Assembly (NCBI GenBank): GCA_030390025.1
Contig: CM059448.1
Coordinates: 11,904,001 to 11,968,000 of the forward strand
From: Squalus acanthias
Taxonomy: Eukaryota
Direction of reading: 5' to 3'
Length of the DNA stretch: 64,000 bases
Positions 51,005-63,665 of the stretch are shown here, piece by piece. The notes beneath the pieces are model-generated. The model worked only from the letters and a program-made list of their open reading frames with translations. It was not told the DNA's origin and made no database searches. Position numbers and translations under genes: made by a program. Position 1 is the first letter of the stretch. Each line of letters opens with the position of its first letter.

Positions 51005-51460
51005 GAAAGAACTTGAATTTTTAAAGCACCTTTCACGGTCTCGTGATGTCCCCAAGCTCTTCATAGCCAACAAAGTTGGTTTTTTTTTTTTTTAAAGTGT
51101 GGGCACTGGTGTAAGGTAGTAAAACATGGCAGACAATAAGCACAGCAAGGTCCCACAAACAGCGGTGAGATAAATGACCATATAATCTGTTTTTGGTGTT
51201 GTTGACTTGAGGGATAAATATTGGCCAAGACACCAGGAGAACTCCCCTGCTTCTCTTCGAATAGTTTCATTGGATCTTTTATGTCCATCTGAGAGGGCAA
51301 ATGGGACCTCGGTTTAATGTCTCATCCAAAAGATGGCCCCTCCGACAGTGCAGTACTCCCTCAGTGTTGCGCTGAAGTGTCAGCGCAGTTTATGAGCTCA
51401 AGTCTTGAGTAGGACCTTCTGACTCAGAGGCAAAAGTGCAACTTCTGAGCCAAGGCTGAT
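51005..51460 (-). mobile_element. DeuSINE/SacSINE1-like SINE
   Basis: Reverse complement of the 14530-14932 family, from head to L2-type tail. Confidence 0.8.
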
Positions 51461-51879
51461 ACCCAATATTCTTCGGCCCCTCTCTGTTAAGGAGACATCT
51501 GTGGCACCTCAACATGTGATTTATTTTTTGTTTTGTTTATGCATTTGTACTCCTCAAGTGAAGGGATATTAGCACTGGGATATGGAGCACCCAGTATCAT
51601 CATTTGCAAGTACCAATTTGAGCTGTCTCCATGACATAATTGTGCAACACAAAAAAAGAGTTCCCAAGAATGTTTTGATGCGGAGGAGAAAGTGTGAAAT
51701 TTTCAGATTAGCGCCGCATCATAAACTGACACTTAAATTATTGTGAGCCTGTAGTACTTTAGCTGAGGAAAAGTTTTGCACTGGATTGTTATTTTAGCAC
51801 ATTATTGTTCATGAAATAAGGTGAGGAAAATGCGAGCTTATTTGAATACATTATGACTCCGTTTGAATTTTTTTTTAAG

Positions 51880-51942
51880 ATTTTGGCGACAAGTACAGTG
51901 TTTTTCGGGAACTCGGCCAGAGTGCAGAGAATAAGTCCTCAG
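51880..51942 (+). CDS. SYNRG: Synergin gamma exon 14 (63 nt)
   Basis: ttttaag|AT TTT GGC GAC AAG TAC...TCA G|gtgagt gives DFGDKYSVFRELGQSAENKSS (human DPGDKYSAFRELEQTAENKPL); phase 1 to 1. Confidence 0.93.
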
Positions 51943-52259
51943 GTGAGTGGATGCTGAGTAGTGTGTATAACCACCCATGCATACAATAGCTGTGGCCAGT
52001 AGAGTACTTTCACATTCCTTGTATGAAAGGCATAGTGTATCCCAAAGAGCTAGAAATGATCGTGCATTTAACACATGTAGACTTGCTGGTTACTCTACAA
52101 ATCCTGTCAGTAGCAATGCTTTCCTGAGGTCATGCATCTCCAAATTTGCTTTCAAGTCGGCCCAGAGTTGAGACCACCATTGGCATTCAATGGAGATGAT
52201 TCGGGATGCTCCCTGTCATTGGTGCAGTGGCTAAGCAGCAAAGAGACACTGACCTGGTG

Positions 52260-52396
52260 CAAAAGCAAAATACTGCGGATACTGGAAATCTGAAATAAAA
52301 ACAGAAAATGCTGGACATACTCAGCAGGTCAGGCAACATCTGTAGAGAGAGAAACAGAGTTAACGTTTCAGGTTGATGTCCTTTTGTCAGAACTGG
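52260..52396 (-). mobile_element. Solo Penelope pLTR 3' end with mutated hammerhead
   Basis: Highly similar to 29399-29535; minus-strand core reads CTGACAA rather than CTGANGA. Confidence 0.85.
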
Positions 52397-52419
52397 TGGG
52401 TCACCAGGGGAAAAAAAAA

Positions 52420-52420
<1 letters not shown>

Positions 52421-52458
<38 letters not shown>
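52421..52458. repeat. (CA)19 microsatellite
   Basis: Perfect dinucleotide run. Confidence 0.95.
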
Positions 52459-52460
<2 letters not shown>

Positions 52461-53639
52461 AGGGATGCTTCTTCTGGCAGTATATTTTCTGACTATAGAA
52501 TGGGACATTATTATGTACAACAAAAATGCTCACCTTGGTTTTTCTCTTTCTTCCCCCCCGCCCCCAATGTTTTCTGATGAATTCTTGCAATTCCCAGCTG
52601 AAAAAGAGTAACGGTTGTCATACAAGTGAAAATAAAGTGTAGGAACTTTAGTGCGCCAGTATTGTCTAGATGTCCAGTTGATTGGGCAGATGTGTTTATA
52701 TTTTAAATATTTTTATTTGTGCAGTTAATTCTCGTCGCAGCTAAAGGAATTGTAAGATAGTTTATAAAAAAAACTAAAGTATTTAAATATTTTGTAGTGT
52801 TGTTTTCTGCTCTCAGCCTTTGTTTTAATTGAATTGGGATGGTACAGTATATCTGTATTCCACCACACTAATCTAGAGACTGCATGATGGTTCCTGCTCA
52901 CTTGTTCATTTAGTGGATTACCTGTATTGACCACGGTGTTGGGGAGGGTGGGAGAAGGTGCAGAGCAGAGGTGCTCCCATACAGAAAGAGAAAGAAAATC
53001 CAAGGTTGAGCCTTGCTGAGCTGCTGTTACGTATCTCTTCATTCTAGCTTGCAAGTTGCACTGTCTACAGACTGGGGACAAGTTGTCTTATCTACCTTTT
53101 TCATTTGGGGAGTAAGGTGGGGGGTACATTTGGGGAGAAGAGAAGAAACATACACTTTATGGGCCCAGGTAAACAATTGTTATGGTGCACTATGATCACG
53201 TAAACGACTTAAAATAGAAAATGTTTACCCCATTGAGGCAAGAAAGGCAGGAACAGTTATGATTCTCTTTTTTTTAAAGAGGGAGTTGGAAATTAAACCA
53301 CTTAACTGAAACAGGCCTGGGTTGTGGTATTGTCATTAATTTTATTTTTTATTTCTTCACACAGGATAACTTGACCGTTACAACTTGGTGAAAAATTTTT
53401 AATTAAAAAAAAAAGTAGTCACCATAGTATGGGCCCAAAGAATCACTGCCAGGCATAATAAGTGCACTGTGTATTAGCAAAGATGTGAGCCTGAAGATTT
53501 GCAACTTTAAAACAGAGTTTCCCTACTGTTTCTCACCCCAACTTTTTTTTTTAATAGAGTAGTCACATTTTGGCAGGGTGATTGGCCATTGAAAATGTGT
53601 GGTCGCAGTTTCCCTGATACCTCAGCAGTGTATCCAGTG

Positions 53640-53955
53640 AATGGCTGAGCCAAAGCGATCAGAAGGGTCACAGGTTTGATCTTTGGTCTGTGTTGAGCCA
53701 CGGCAGCACTAGGGAGCTACAATTGGCTTCAGTGTCCCACAGTTAGGAAGGCCGAAATCAGTTAGTATCGCTATACATTGAGCCATGCTGGAAATGCACA
53801 TTTGAATGGTAGGTGAATACTATTAGCAGTGGTACAGCCCTTGGTTGAATAGCTATCTGACACTCACCTTTAAGTGTCACACATGAAATATGGTCACTAA
53901 GATCTGGTGCTGAACAATGTGAGTTGCCCATGGCATGAAGTCAGCACCTTTAGAA
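53640..53955 (+). mobile_element. Degraded tRNA-type SINE (family of 36068-36400)
   Basis: caggtttgatctttggtctgtgttgag...caattggcttcagtg. Confidence 0.5.
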
Positions 53956-54738
53956 GTAAAATTGGTGGAAAAAGGGGGAGAAAAGTATATTTTTTTTAAT
54001 ACTGTCTTCCAGCTCTTAATGTAGTCTCCAAGTTGCTTCATACAAAATATAAATGGTGGTTTAAAAAAAAAATCACTATCTCACATAGGAGATGTATTTT
54101 GAACTGCAAGCTTAAGTGTTATGGAGGGAGAAGTGGGAGAGAGATTGAAAGTCAATTGACTGGGCCAAGAAAGATGATAATTGCTCTCAAATAGAGTAGG
54201 CAATGTTCCTTCCTCTTTCACCCCCTCCAAAAGGCTTTTTGAAGAGAGTAGTTACAATATTTCCAGATAGAAAAATGAAAAATACAAACAGAATAAAAAA
54301 GCAGACAAAGGTAAATTCAAACGTTTGCCAATAGTGTAAATAGAACCAGACAATGTGCCATCACTTGTGTGTGGACTGGATAGAAACTAGCCGAATGCTG
54401 CCACACATGTGCCATGGGAAATATCCAGATCATTTACCCATCGAAGCTGGGTTAAAATTCTCACTTTCTTTTTTCCAGATTTACATAATGGCCCTAATTT
54501 GGGTCAGTTGGGTATTTAAATTTGGTTCGGTGATCATCCCTCTTCCCTACAATGAGAAATTAAATGGTGGTATGTTCTATGTAGGGTTTTACTCGGCAGT
54601 GCATGCTTGGTATGGGTTGGTGCTTTGGTCTTAGTTACTAACTTGGAAATGCTTGTGTTTGTGTGCTGTGAAAAGTGAAACATAGAATTCCATTCTTAAC
54701 TGCTGGTATTTTGTCACTGAAAAGATGTATGTTTGCAG

Positions 54739-55728
54739 GGGAGGGCTTTGCAGAATTCAAGTCACCAGGGAATGATGATGGATTCACAGACTTCAAAACT
54801 GCAGACAGCATTTCACCAGTAGATTCTTCAGAGCAAGCAAAGACATTCACAACAGCCTTTCCTTCTGTGCCATTTCTTCAGCCACAACTGCAACCTGTAA
54901 CGCAGCCTAAAGACACTTTCAATCTCACGGACCTTTTTACATCTGTCAGTTGCACTGGAGAGAGCAAATCTGTGTCAGTTCCACCAGTTTCTGTGACATC
55001 ATCCATTACATCATCTGTATGTGTTGCATCATCATTGTCATCGTCACTGTCATCTGGTACTTTTTCCTCAGCCAGTAGCAAGGCTGCCGGTGGAACTGAT
55101 GACTTTGGGGACTTCAACCTTTTTGGCGTAGCAGCCAGTACTTCGTCGGGTGGGGGATGGGGTCAGGATGAATTTGCAGATTTTATAGCTTTTGGCAGCG
55201 CCAGCACCACTGGATCCTCTGAACAAAAGTCAAATGATAAATATAGTGTTTTCAGGCAGGAGAAGAATGATGGCTTCACAGCATCTTTCGATGCCTCACT
55301 TGGCATAACAGAAGGTGGACAACAGCCTCCAACCTCAACTGTAGACAAGTATGATGTCTTTAAACAGTTACCTGAGGAAGGGTCTGTGATGGGCTTTGAG
55401 GAACAAAAAGACAGCACCTCCCTTTCCCAAGGGAAGAATGATGATGACTTTCCAGTTACCAAGTTGCCCCTTGCATTCAGCACCTCGGACAAGACTTTCG
55501 TAGATAAACTCTCTGCTTTTAAACAGGCAAAAGAGGACTCTGCCTCTGTGAAATCTTTGGACCTTCCTTCTATTGGTGGGAGCAGTATTGGTAAAGAGGA
55601 CTCGGAAGATGCCTTATCTGGTCAGTTTGACATGAAGTCAGCTGAGGTTGGTGGTGATCTGAAGCATGTGTTGTCTGACAGCTCGCTGGATTTGCCACCT
55701 GTCATTGGTCAGCCGCCTCCTGTTACAG
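54739..55728 (+). CDS. SYNRG: Synergin gamma exon 15 (990 nt, AP-1 gamma-adaptin binding region)
   Basis: GEGFAEFKSPGNDDGFTDFKTADS...DDFGDF...DEFADF...EDSASVKSLDLPSIGGSS...PPVT; phase 1 to 1; no further recognisable SYNRG exon before the window end. Confidence 0.97.
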
Positions 55729-57654
55729 GTGAGGAAATGGTTCGATTGATCTGGTAAATACAGCCAAATCATCTGCAAACTGCCGTTACCTTTCTATAAT
55801 GCCGCACCAATGATTTACCATTTATATATGTAGCTGTCCATTCGTATAATCATGGCTGTTGGGAATTGTTTTGAGTGCCACTGTTCTTCAGTGGACGTAA
55901 TTATGTTCAGTTATTAACCATAGTGGAGAAATCCAACGAATAGCCTTGGTTTCGAGCTATCATCAGGCAACTTCAATTGTTGGGGTACCTACGGCCACTG
56001 TATTGCCATCAGTTACCATAGTTGAGCCAGCCTAGTTACTGTTGATATTTTTTCCAATTAGAGTGTAACAATTGTTCGATCAGTACTTGAATGAATGGAA
56101 TGATCCAAATGGTGCTCGCTTTTTCTGAGCAGACACCAACGTATTCAGATCATCCATTATAATGAACACTCGAGACAATCCCAGAGAGAGCGACAATTAT
56201 AGTCCGGTTGGACGGCTCTGTGTTAGTTAAATTATTTTATCTGCACCCTTTGGAGCAGCATTACAAATTTCTGTTTCCATTTTTATTGTGTTGTGGGCAA
56301 TATTCAATAGCTATTGCTTGTACAGAAAGGAACACGGTGCCTTAACATGGTGCCTAGTTTTAACTGCAATTTTCTTACAAAGTTGCAAATAACTCTTTTA
56401 ATTATTGTGAAAGGGCACCATTATTGAAGGCCAGCTTGGTTGTTTATATTTCCAGAAAGCTCGTTCCAAAATTTGGTCTGGGATAAAGAGCTTTGGGCTT
56501 CATTCTAGATGTTAGCGTCTGGGCATAAACTTGAGTTTGCCCTGCTAAGGACAGATTAGTGTTAGAGTAGTTAAGCACAGTCTGTTCGACTGATGGTAAA
56601 ACAGACCAGACAATGGGGATGAATGTGCCAGTAACATGTAAATAATCCACTGGACAAAACTGCATGCTAATAAGGATGTTGAAAGAACTGATTGGTGGGT
56701 TGTGGGGCGGGGGGGTGGGTGGGTGGTTTCCAGGTCTACTGACTGGTGTAACAAACATGCAAAGCACCAGTCTTCTTGAAAACCGAGCCAGAGTGTGAGA
56801 GTGTCCATTATATTTCTCTCGTTCCCTTTCTAAATATTTGCTTTTGTTAACTAGCCTAATAATACAGTATAAATAATGTACCAAAAATTAAATACCTTGG
56901 GTTGTTGTTTAAAATAGAGCCTGTTTACTCCGCCATCTACACAACGCTGACATGCCACACTAAATTTGATGAGTGGCGATAACGTTGGTGTATATTAATG
57001 ATATATTTGAAGGTGTGTATCTATGGAGATTATGTGTGATATTTAACAAGTGGGACAGAGGGCCTGAAATTAGACTAAACTGAGTCTCACACTTTTCAAA
57101 TGAGCTGCTCGCAGTGCAGAGACTCTGCCCTGCTGATCTCTTACTGCAGTATGGGAGTAATGCCTGTACACTGTACCCTAATGCCAGTGGCCAGCACAAG
57201 GGTTTTCTTTCAGGATGCAAAGTGAAGGCCCTTCACTGTGGAACTAAGTTGGGAGAGTACAGAATTGGTGAGTACAATGTATTGAGAGTTCCTCAACCTT
57301 TTTAAATTCACAAGAGCACATCAACAGTTAAAATATATAATATGTTAAGTGTGCTGAAAGTGTGCAGCTGCAGAGTTAGACTCCTATGTGAAACTGTCCT
57401 AATTCGCTTAGAACATCCATAGAGTAGAAATGGTCAGGTAGCACTGTTCATTTGAAAATTGTATTTTCTTTACTTTTTAAAGTGCTTTGCAGAGATCTGA
57501 ATTGGAGCTCTGGCTGTAGGCACAAGGCTGGCGTCAGTGCATCTGGTACAGTGTATGTCTTCATTGTCATAGGTTGTACACCACTGTGCAGTGAGTGAAA
57601 AGTTCAAAAGAAACTGATATTTGAATGTAGATGGGATAGTAAATGCAATATTAA

Positions 57655-57800
57655 CAATTGGTCATTTATTTCATTGCTGTTGTGGGGCCTTGCTGTGCAC
57701 CAATTGGCTACAGTGACTATACTTCAAAAATAATGAATTGGCTTTGGAACACCCTGAGGGCATGAAAGGTGCTATTCAAATGCATGTTCTTTCTTTCTAT
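57655..57800 (+). mobile_element. DeuSINE-like 3' fragment
   Basis: ggtcatttatttcattgctgttgtggggccttgctgtgcac...aaaggtgctattcaaatgca. Confidence 0.6.
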
Positions 57801-59419
57801 AATGGCAGCATGTGTTTTTTTAAAAATCCCTTTATTAAAATCAGCACGCACCTGCACGGAATGAGAAGGTGGGCTGGAGATGACGTTCCAGAACTTCACT
57901 AGCTATTGGTAGACTGGTGCTGGGAGATGTGCAGGAACAGCTCAGGGTGACGGTTTCTCCTTCTCGCATTGGAAAAACTGATCTCTGGCTGAAAAGCGGT
58001 TCCACAGACCAATTTTAATAGACAGAACCAGGAGGTCGTTCTTTGATGTGTTTTTGAATAGAGAAGCAAAGGCCAGCTATGGTGGGACGATTTATCTTCT
58101 ACACCTTTCTGGCAACTCCAAAAGTGCCTCGATAAGATAACTCATCTGTATTGTAGTCACAGGTAATACACTATCCTTTTATGTTAATTGAGTGGTGGCA
58201 CCTCCACCTAATACCATCTTGCAACAAAATGCCATTTCCCTAATATTTACTCATCAGCAGTGTTAGATTTGACAAGACCTATTAAGCATCTGTTGCATGG
58301 GAAGGTGCTTTATTTAAAATGTGCTGACATGCTGGTCAAAATGTCGTCCATAAACAATATTTAGTTTTATTCCATCAACCTTAACTACACACCACCTCCA
58401 AAATAATTTGTCGTTTAGAAGCTGTAAGTAAATGTGTGATTTAGTGACCAAAGAAGTTTGGAGCCACAGTCCTGTAGCCTGAGGTACTGTTAAAGTGGAG
58501 AGCCTCGTCACTTTTCAATGAATCGAACTAGTTTCATGTGTAGAAATTAAAACAAATTAAAATAGGATGCTTTTCTTATGAGATTTATTAAACAAGTAGA
58601 TTCTGAAAATTGTAATTGAGACTAGGGGAGAGTACGGAAAATCGAATTACATTTTCACACTAATGTAAATACAAGGGAATAAAATCTCTGTATGCTATTA
58701 TGTAGTGGTCACATTTAAAATGGAGTTTAAATTTCTGTCCTTTTGTTGGATGCAATGCACTAGTGTGGGCTCTTGTATGGGAGTTCCTCTGTGCTTAGTC
58801 ACAGCTCTAATGCTGTGTTTGCCTGGCACAGTGCTTTTTGCAGTTTGACAAAAATTGCCAAGTTCTATGTTGGAGAATGGGTATTGAGGTTTATTCAAAA
58901 AATCTTTATTTCACATTATGTACTTTTCACATTGTTAAGCCCAGCTGGTGCTCTAATTTGCTCAGTCATTTGTTTATAATTGTTATGCCGTGCATTTTGC
59001 TTGCAGCACCATTTAAGCTTTCATTAGCCATGGCATCTTCTCCACCCACATTTTCTTTTCTTCTTCTCTCTCTTTCATCCTCTCTCATCATCTCTCTCTC
59101 TCTCACTCTCTTCATACTTACCCATGCATATGCACCTCCTGTTGCTTCATATGTTTGGAACTATGAAACAGCACATGTGTAGTTTTTTCCAATCAACGGT
59201 TGCCAACAACTGACTTGCAGCTTTTGAATTATATTTTGAGAAATCTGGGTTACGGGTCAAATCTAACAGTGAAGATCATCACTCTGGCAGTAAACAGCAG
59301 GTGAGCGGATTAAATAACTCAGGACATGGTTAGGAAATGCCAACCTTTAAAAGTCAAAGATTGTAGGAGTACAACACGAGTCCCCATAGATTTTTCACCT
59401 CACAATGGCATAAGAAGGT

Positions 59420-60005
59420 TCATGCTTCAGTTATACAGGGCATTAGTGAGACCACATCTGGAGTACTGTGTACAGTATTGGTCTCCTTATTTAAGGAAGG
59501 ATGTAAATGCGTTGGAAGCAGTTCAGAGAAGGTTTACTAGACTAATACCTGGAATGGGCGGGTTGTCTTATGAGGAAAGGTTGGACAGGCTAGGCTTGTA
59601 TACACTGGAGTTTAGAAGAGTAAGAGGTGACTTGATTGAAACATATAAGATCCTGAGGGGTCTTGACAGGGTGGATGTGGAGAGGATGTTTCCTCTTGTG
59701 GGAGAATCTAGAACTAGGGGTCAGTGTTTAAAAATAAGGGGTCGCCCATTTAAGACCAAGATGAGGAGAATTTTTTTTTCCACAGAGGGTCGTGAGTCTT
59801 TGGAACTCTCTTCAGAGGGTGGTAGAAGCAGAGTCTTTGAATATTTTTAAGGCAGAGGTAGATAGATTCTTGATGAGCAAGGGGGTGAAAGGTTATCGGG
59901 GGTAGGCGGGAATGTGGAGTAATCAGATCAGCCATGATCTTATTGAATGGCGGAGCAGGCTCGAGGGGCCGAGTGGCCTACTCCTGCTCCTAATTCGTAT
60001 GTAAC
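59420..60005 (+). mobile_element. CR1 LINE 3' fragment
   Basis: LQLYRALVRPHLEYCVQYWSPYLRKDVNALEAVQRRFTRLIPG, followed by the CR1 3' UTR. Confidence 0.93.
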
Positions 60006-60470
60006 AAAATAAGACGACAGATATTGTACATTAATGGCAGTTGTTGGAAACTGCATTTCTCTATTACATAAATTCTGTGTTCCAACCCCTGCAGTGTAAT
60101 TACTGCTGTCATTTTGAGTTGTCATTAGAATAAGGATTGACAGCAATAGACCAAGAAACCTGTTTGAATGCTTCACTGAGTCAAAAGACTAGTGTGGTGC
60201 AGTGACGAGGGACAATAGAAAGTGGGAATATTTGGCTTACATCTGCACGAATGTGTTTACTATAATCCTTTCAGGAAGAAATCCTGCCGTCCTTACCTAT
60301 TTCTGGCCTATATGTGACTCCAGTCCCAGTTCCGAATTACCAGTCAGCAAAGTGAATTCAGCCAGATAAAAGGGATCGTGTGGTATACTTTATAATTTTT
60401 TACATTATGAGGAGCATTATGAAATAGTTTAAGATTCACTGAAAATGTTAATCCATATGTTCACTTGTTA

Positions 60471-60760
60471 TATGAACATTAAAAAATGACAGACAGGAAA
60501 AGACCCACTGGTCCATTTAGCCTGTCCTATATAGTTGTGATGCCAACTTTATCACAATACAGACACTCCTCACCTGCCTGGAGCCATGTAATCTCCTGGG
60601 AGAAGTGAAAAACCAGAAAAAAAACAGAGGGGAAAAACCTCTCAAGTTCTTCTCCGACCCAGTTAGACGATCAAAACTATTCCAGGAAATCACATGGACC
60701 CTAATTTCTATTCTAGGACCTCTTGTGCGAGGTGATCTCTGCCCCAGCCAGAAACAGGCT
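60471..60760 (-). mobile_element. CR1-type 3' UTR fragment
   Basis: Similar to 33881-34180. Confidence 0.65.
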
Positions 60761-60904
60761 TTATAGTGAATTGTCTTGTGAATATAACTGAGAATCCTGT
60801 TTGCTTTAGTTATAGCTTCACATCATGGTCATGAACCTTTAGAGAGTGGTGCACTAAAACACCCAGATCTCTTTCTTTCACCACTGGCTTAAATTCTGTT
60901 CTGT

Positions 60905-61120
60905 ATTCATTTGCGGGATGTGGGTGTCGCCCTTAAGGAATTTCTTGCCCATCCCTAGTTGCCCTCAGAAGGTGGTGATGCAACTGAGTGGCTTGCTAGG
61001 CCACTTCAAAAGACAATTGAGAGTCAACCACCAGTGTAGGACTGGAGTCACTTATAGGCCAGACAAGGTAAGGACAGCAAGTTTACTTTACTAAAGGGCA
61101 TTAGTGAACCAGTTGGGTTA
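60905..61120 (-). mobile_element. SINE fragment (family of 43991-44395)
   Basis: ttgcccatccctagttgcc...caactgagtggcttgctaggcca...ggactggagtcac. Confidence 0.75.
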
Positions 61121-61498
61121 TCTAGTGCAGACTCAGTCTAAAACATGGAATTGTCAAGTTGCTAAATTCAGATTACTTCATTTTTGTTGTAGTTAATTTG
61201 GGGAATTCTATAGGGGGTAGTGAAAAACTATGTTCTGTGGGAAAATTCAACAATTTAATCTCTCTTTTCAGTCTTGGTGATGTCCTGCACTGTGGTCTTG
61301 TGCGCCTCACCTAGGTTTCTCAAATAAGAATTAAACTGTTTTACAACTGTAAGTTAGTTATTGACAATTATAGTTTGTCCAAACTACACATGTGCTGCAC
61401 TGTGGATCCAACCAAATTATTCATTGTGAATAGTGTATGTGCGTGTGTCTGTGTTTCTGCTCTTCCTTGTTTTGCAGTTGAGCATCGAGGGTAAGGAC

Positions 61499-61637
61499 CA
61501 GTGTTCCCTCTAAATATTTTTGTGCGCGGTCCCTTTAAATTTGCTGCGCGGTATCTCATCCAGCGGCGGCAACTGGTAAGCAGCCTGCACGGGACCTCGC
61601 GATTGATGCGCGGCCACACACCTTAGGGGGAACATTG
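61499..61637. mobile_element. hAT MITE, 139 bp
   Basis: TIR CAGTGTTCCCTCTAA / TTAGGGGGAACATTG; perfect 8-bp TSD GTAAGGAC at 61491-61498 and 61638-61645. Confidence 0.9.
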
Positions 61638-62419
61638 GTAAGGACTCCTGCTTATCTTGAACAAAGTAAAACCTCAGTGTTTATATCTTCAAGTGTACTC
61701 CTTGTAGTGCCCTCTGCTACCTTGGTTCTTTGTATGCCACACATGTCCATTTATTTCCCATGTTAATGTGTTGCCTATGTTTCAAGTACACTCTGATCCT
61801 CTTGAACAAGTTGAATATTATAAGAAAAAGTTGTTAAAGATTTTTATTAATGATGGGTCTTTTCACAGTTTGATCCAAAACATGTACCTATTACATTATT
61901 TTTAATCCCCTTTCTTTAAAAGGACTAATCTCCTAAGATTGTAGACTACTTTTTTATATCGAATGGAGTATTTGATAGCTGCCAGATATATTCTCCTTTC
62001 TATATTTGCCTGTGTTCTGTTGCCACAAAAAACTTATTACAATAGTACCAGTTATGTGCTGATGCATGCCTTCTAAACAATGTCACACTTGTCTGTATTA
62101 TCTTGCCACTTGTGTTGTTTGCACACCTTGCTCCCCACTGCAGAACACTCACCAAAACTTTGTGGTCAAAACATACAGCCGAGAGTGTCCAATGGTGCAT
62201 CAAGGGTCTCATATGACCTCAATATGACTAACGTGAAGCTCGAGTGGTTTATCCCTATTGCACAAACCAGGGGATGTTTTCTGTTCTTGACACATTTTCT
62301 ATCGTACATTGTATATTCAGCTGGAGTTCACGGGGCTGGCTTCTGTGATTGGGGGAGGTGGTGAATGTTGACCGTGGTGGGGTGGTATAAGTAACTAGCT
62401 TCTTTCATATAAAAAACAA

Positions 62420-63500
62420 CTTAAAAATAAGGGTTTTGAAGTCATTGCACTGGGGACGGGAGGTTGGGTGACTGGGGTGCAGGATAGGGTATGCGTGGCA
62501 GAGCTCTGGACAAGCTAGAACTTGTACAGCATATAGAGCTTGGAAGCCCAGCAATGTGAAACCAAGCCAGGGTGTGTTAAAGGCATTCAATGAGGGTCTT
62601 GAGGGTAGTAGAGTGTAGGTAGGTGAGGATTTAGGCAGGTGTGTTGTGAAGGTGGAAGTAGGCAGTCTTGTGATGGACTGGACATGAACTTTAAGCTCCG
62701 TTCAAGGTCAAGGACAACATCGAGGTTGCATACCATCAGGCTCAAAATGAGCGAAAAGCTCGGAAGGAGATGGATTCAGCATCTGATTCATGCAATTTCT
62801 GTCAGCAGCCAAACACAATGGCCCCAATTTTATCATTGTTGAGCTGTAGAAGGTACTGGCTCATCCTTGACTTTGTGATGGACAGCCAGCATATTGCAAC
62901 CAAAGAGGCCAGGGATGATAGCAGAAAGGTAAAGTTGACATATGGAAGCTGTACTTGCAGATAATTGGCCAATAAATAGTATGTAACTGTGGAATAGGGG
63001 GAGGCAAGGATGGAGATTTGGAGCACCCCAAAGGTGTTCATTCAGGAGGAAAAGCCATTGAAGGAGATGGGTCACGAAGCCCGCTCACCCATCATTCTTG
63101 TCCTTGCTACCCGATATTGGCTCCCTGTTCCCCCAACATATTACATTTAAAACCCGTGGCCTCATCTTTAGATCCCTCCATGGTCTCGCCCCATCCTATC
63201 TCTGTAACCTCCCTCCCACATCCTTCAGTTCTCTGTCTCTTGTGCATAGCCCCACCTCCCCATTACCCCACCATTGGTGGCAGAGCCACGTCCGCCCTAC
63301 TCTCTGGAATTCCCTCCCTAAACCCCTGTACTTCTCGTTCTACCTTGACAAACCTGCTCAAAACCCATATTTTAAACCAAGTTTTCAGTCACCCTTCCTA
63401 ATCTCACCCACATGGCTTGGAATCCATTTCTTAGCGATTTACATGGTGAAGCACCTCTTTTTAAATAATTAAAAGTGCTGTGTAAATGCAAGTTTTTTTT
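62420..63500. mobile_element. Old L2 fragments (minus ~62420-63060, plus ~63070-63500)
   Basis: Plus part reads LIFRSLHGLAPSYLCNL and TLWNSLP with an L2 tail; minus part resembles 13.7-14.2 kb. Confidence 0.65.
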
Positions 63501-63665
63501 ATTCGCTCCTGGGATGTGGGCATCACTGGCAAGACCAGCATTATTTGCCCATCTCTAATTACCCTTGAGAAGGTGGTGGTGAGCCGCCTACTTGAACCGC
63601 TGCAGCCCGTGCGGTGAAGGTACTACCATAGTGCTATTAGGGAGGGAGTTCCAGCATTTTGACCC
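63495..63665 (-). mobile_element. 3' tail of the 10.6-kb LINE family
   Basis: cccttgagaaggtggtggtgagccgcc..ttgaaccgctgcag...gttccagcattttgacccag is the reverse complement of 12295-12460. Confidence 0.8.

Noticed and set aside
52725-52751. Cryptic 27-nt exon (gcag|TTAATT...GAATT|gtaag) with an in-frame stop
   Set aside because: Splice-like signals are frequent in AT-rich introns, and there is no independent support.
50522-54738. Apparent loss of the exon encoding human DPGDKYSAFRELE
   Set aside because: The exon is present at 51880-51942; it was only too short for the ORF track.
57493-57545. Acceptor-like site in intron 15 as the next SYNRG exon
   Set aside because: Immediate in-frame TGA and no similarity to the expected downstream SYNRG peptide.
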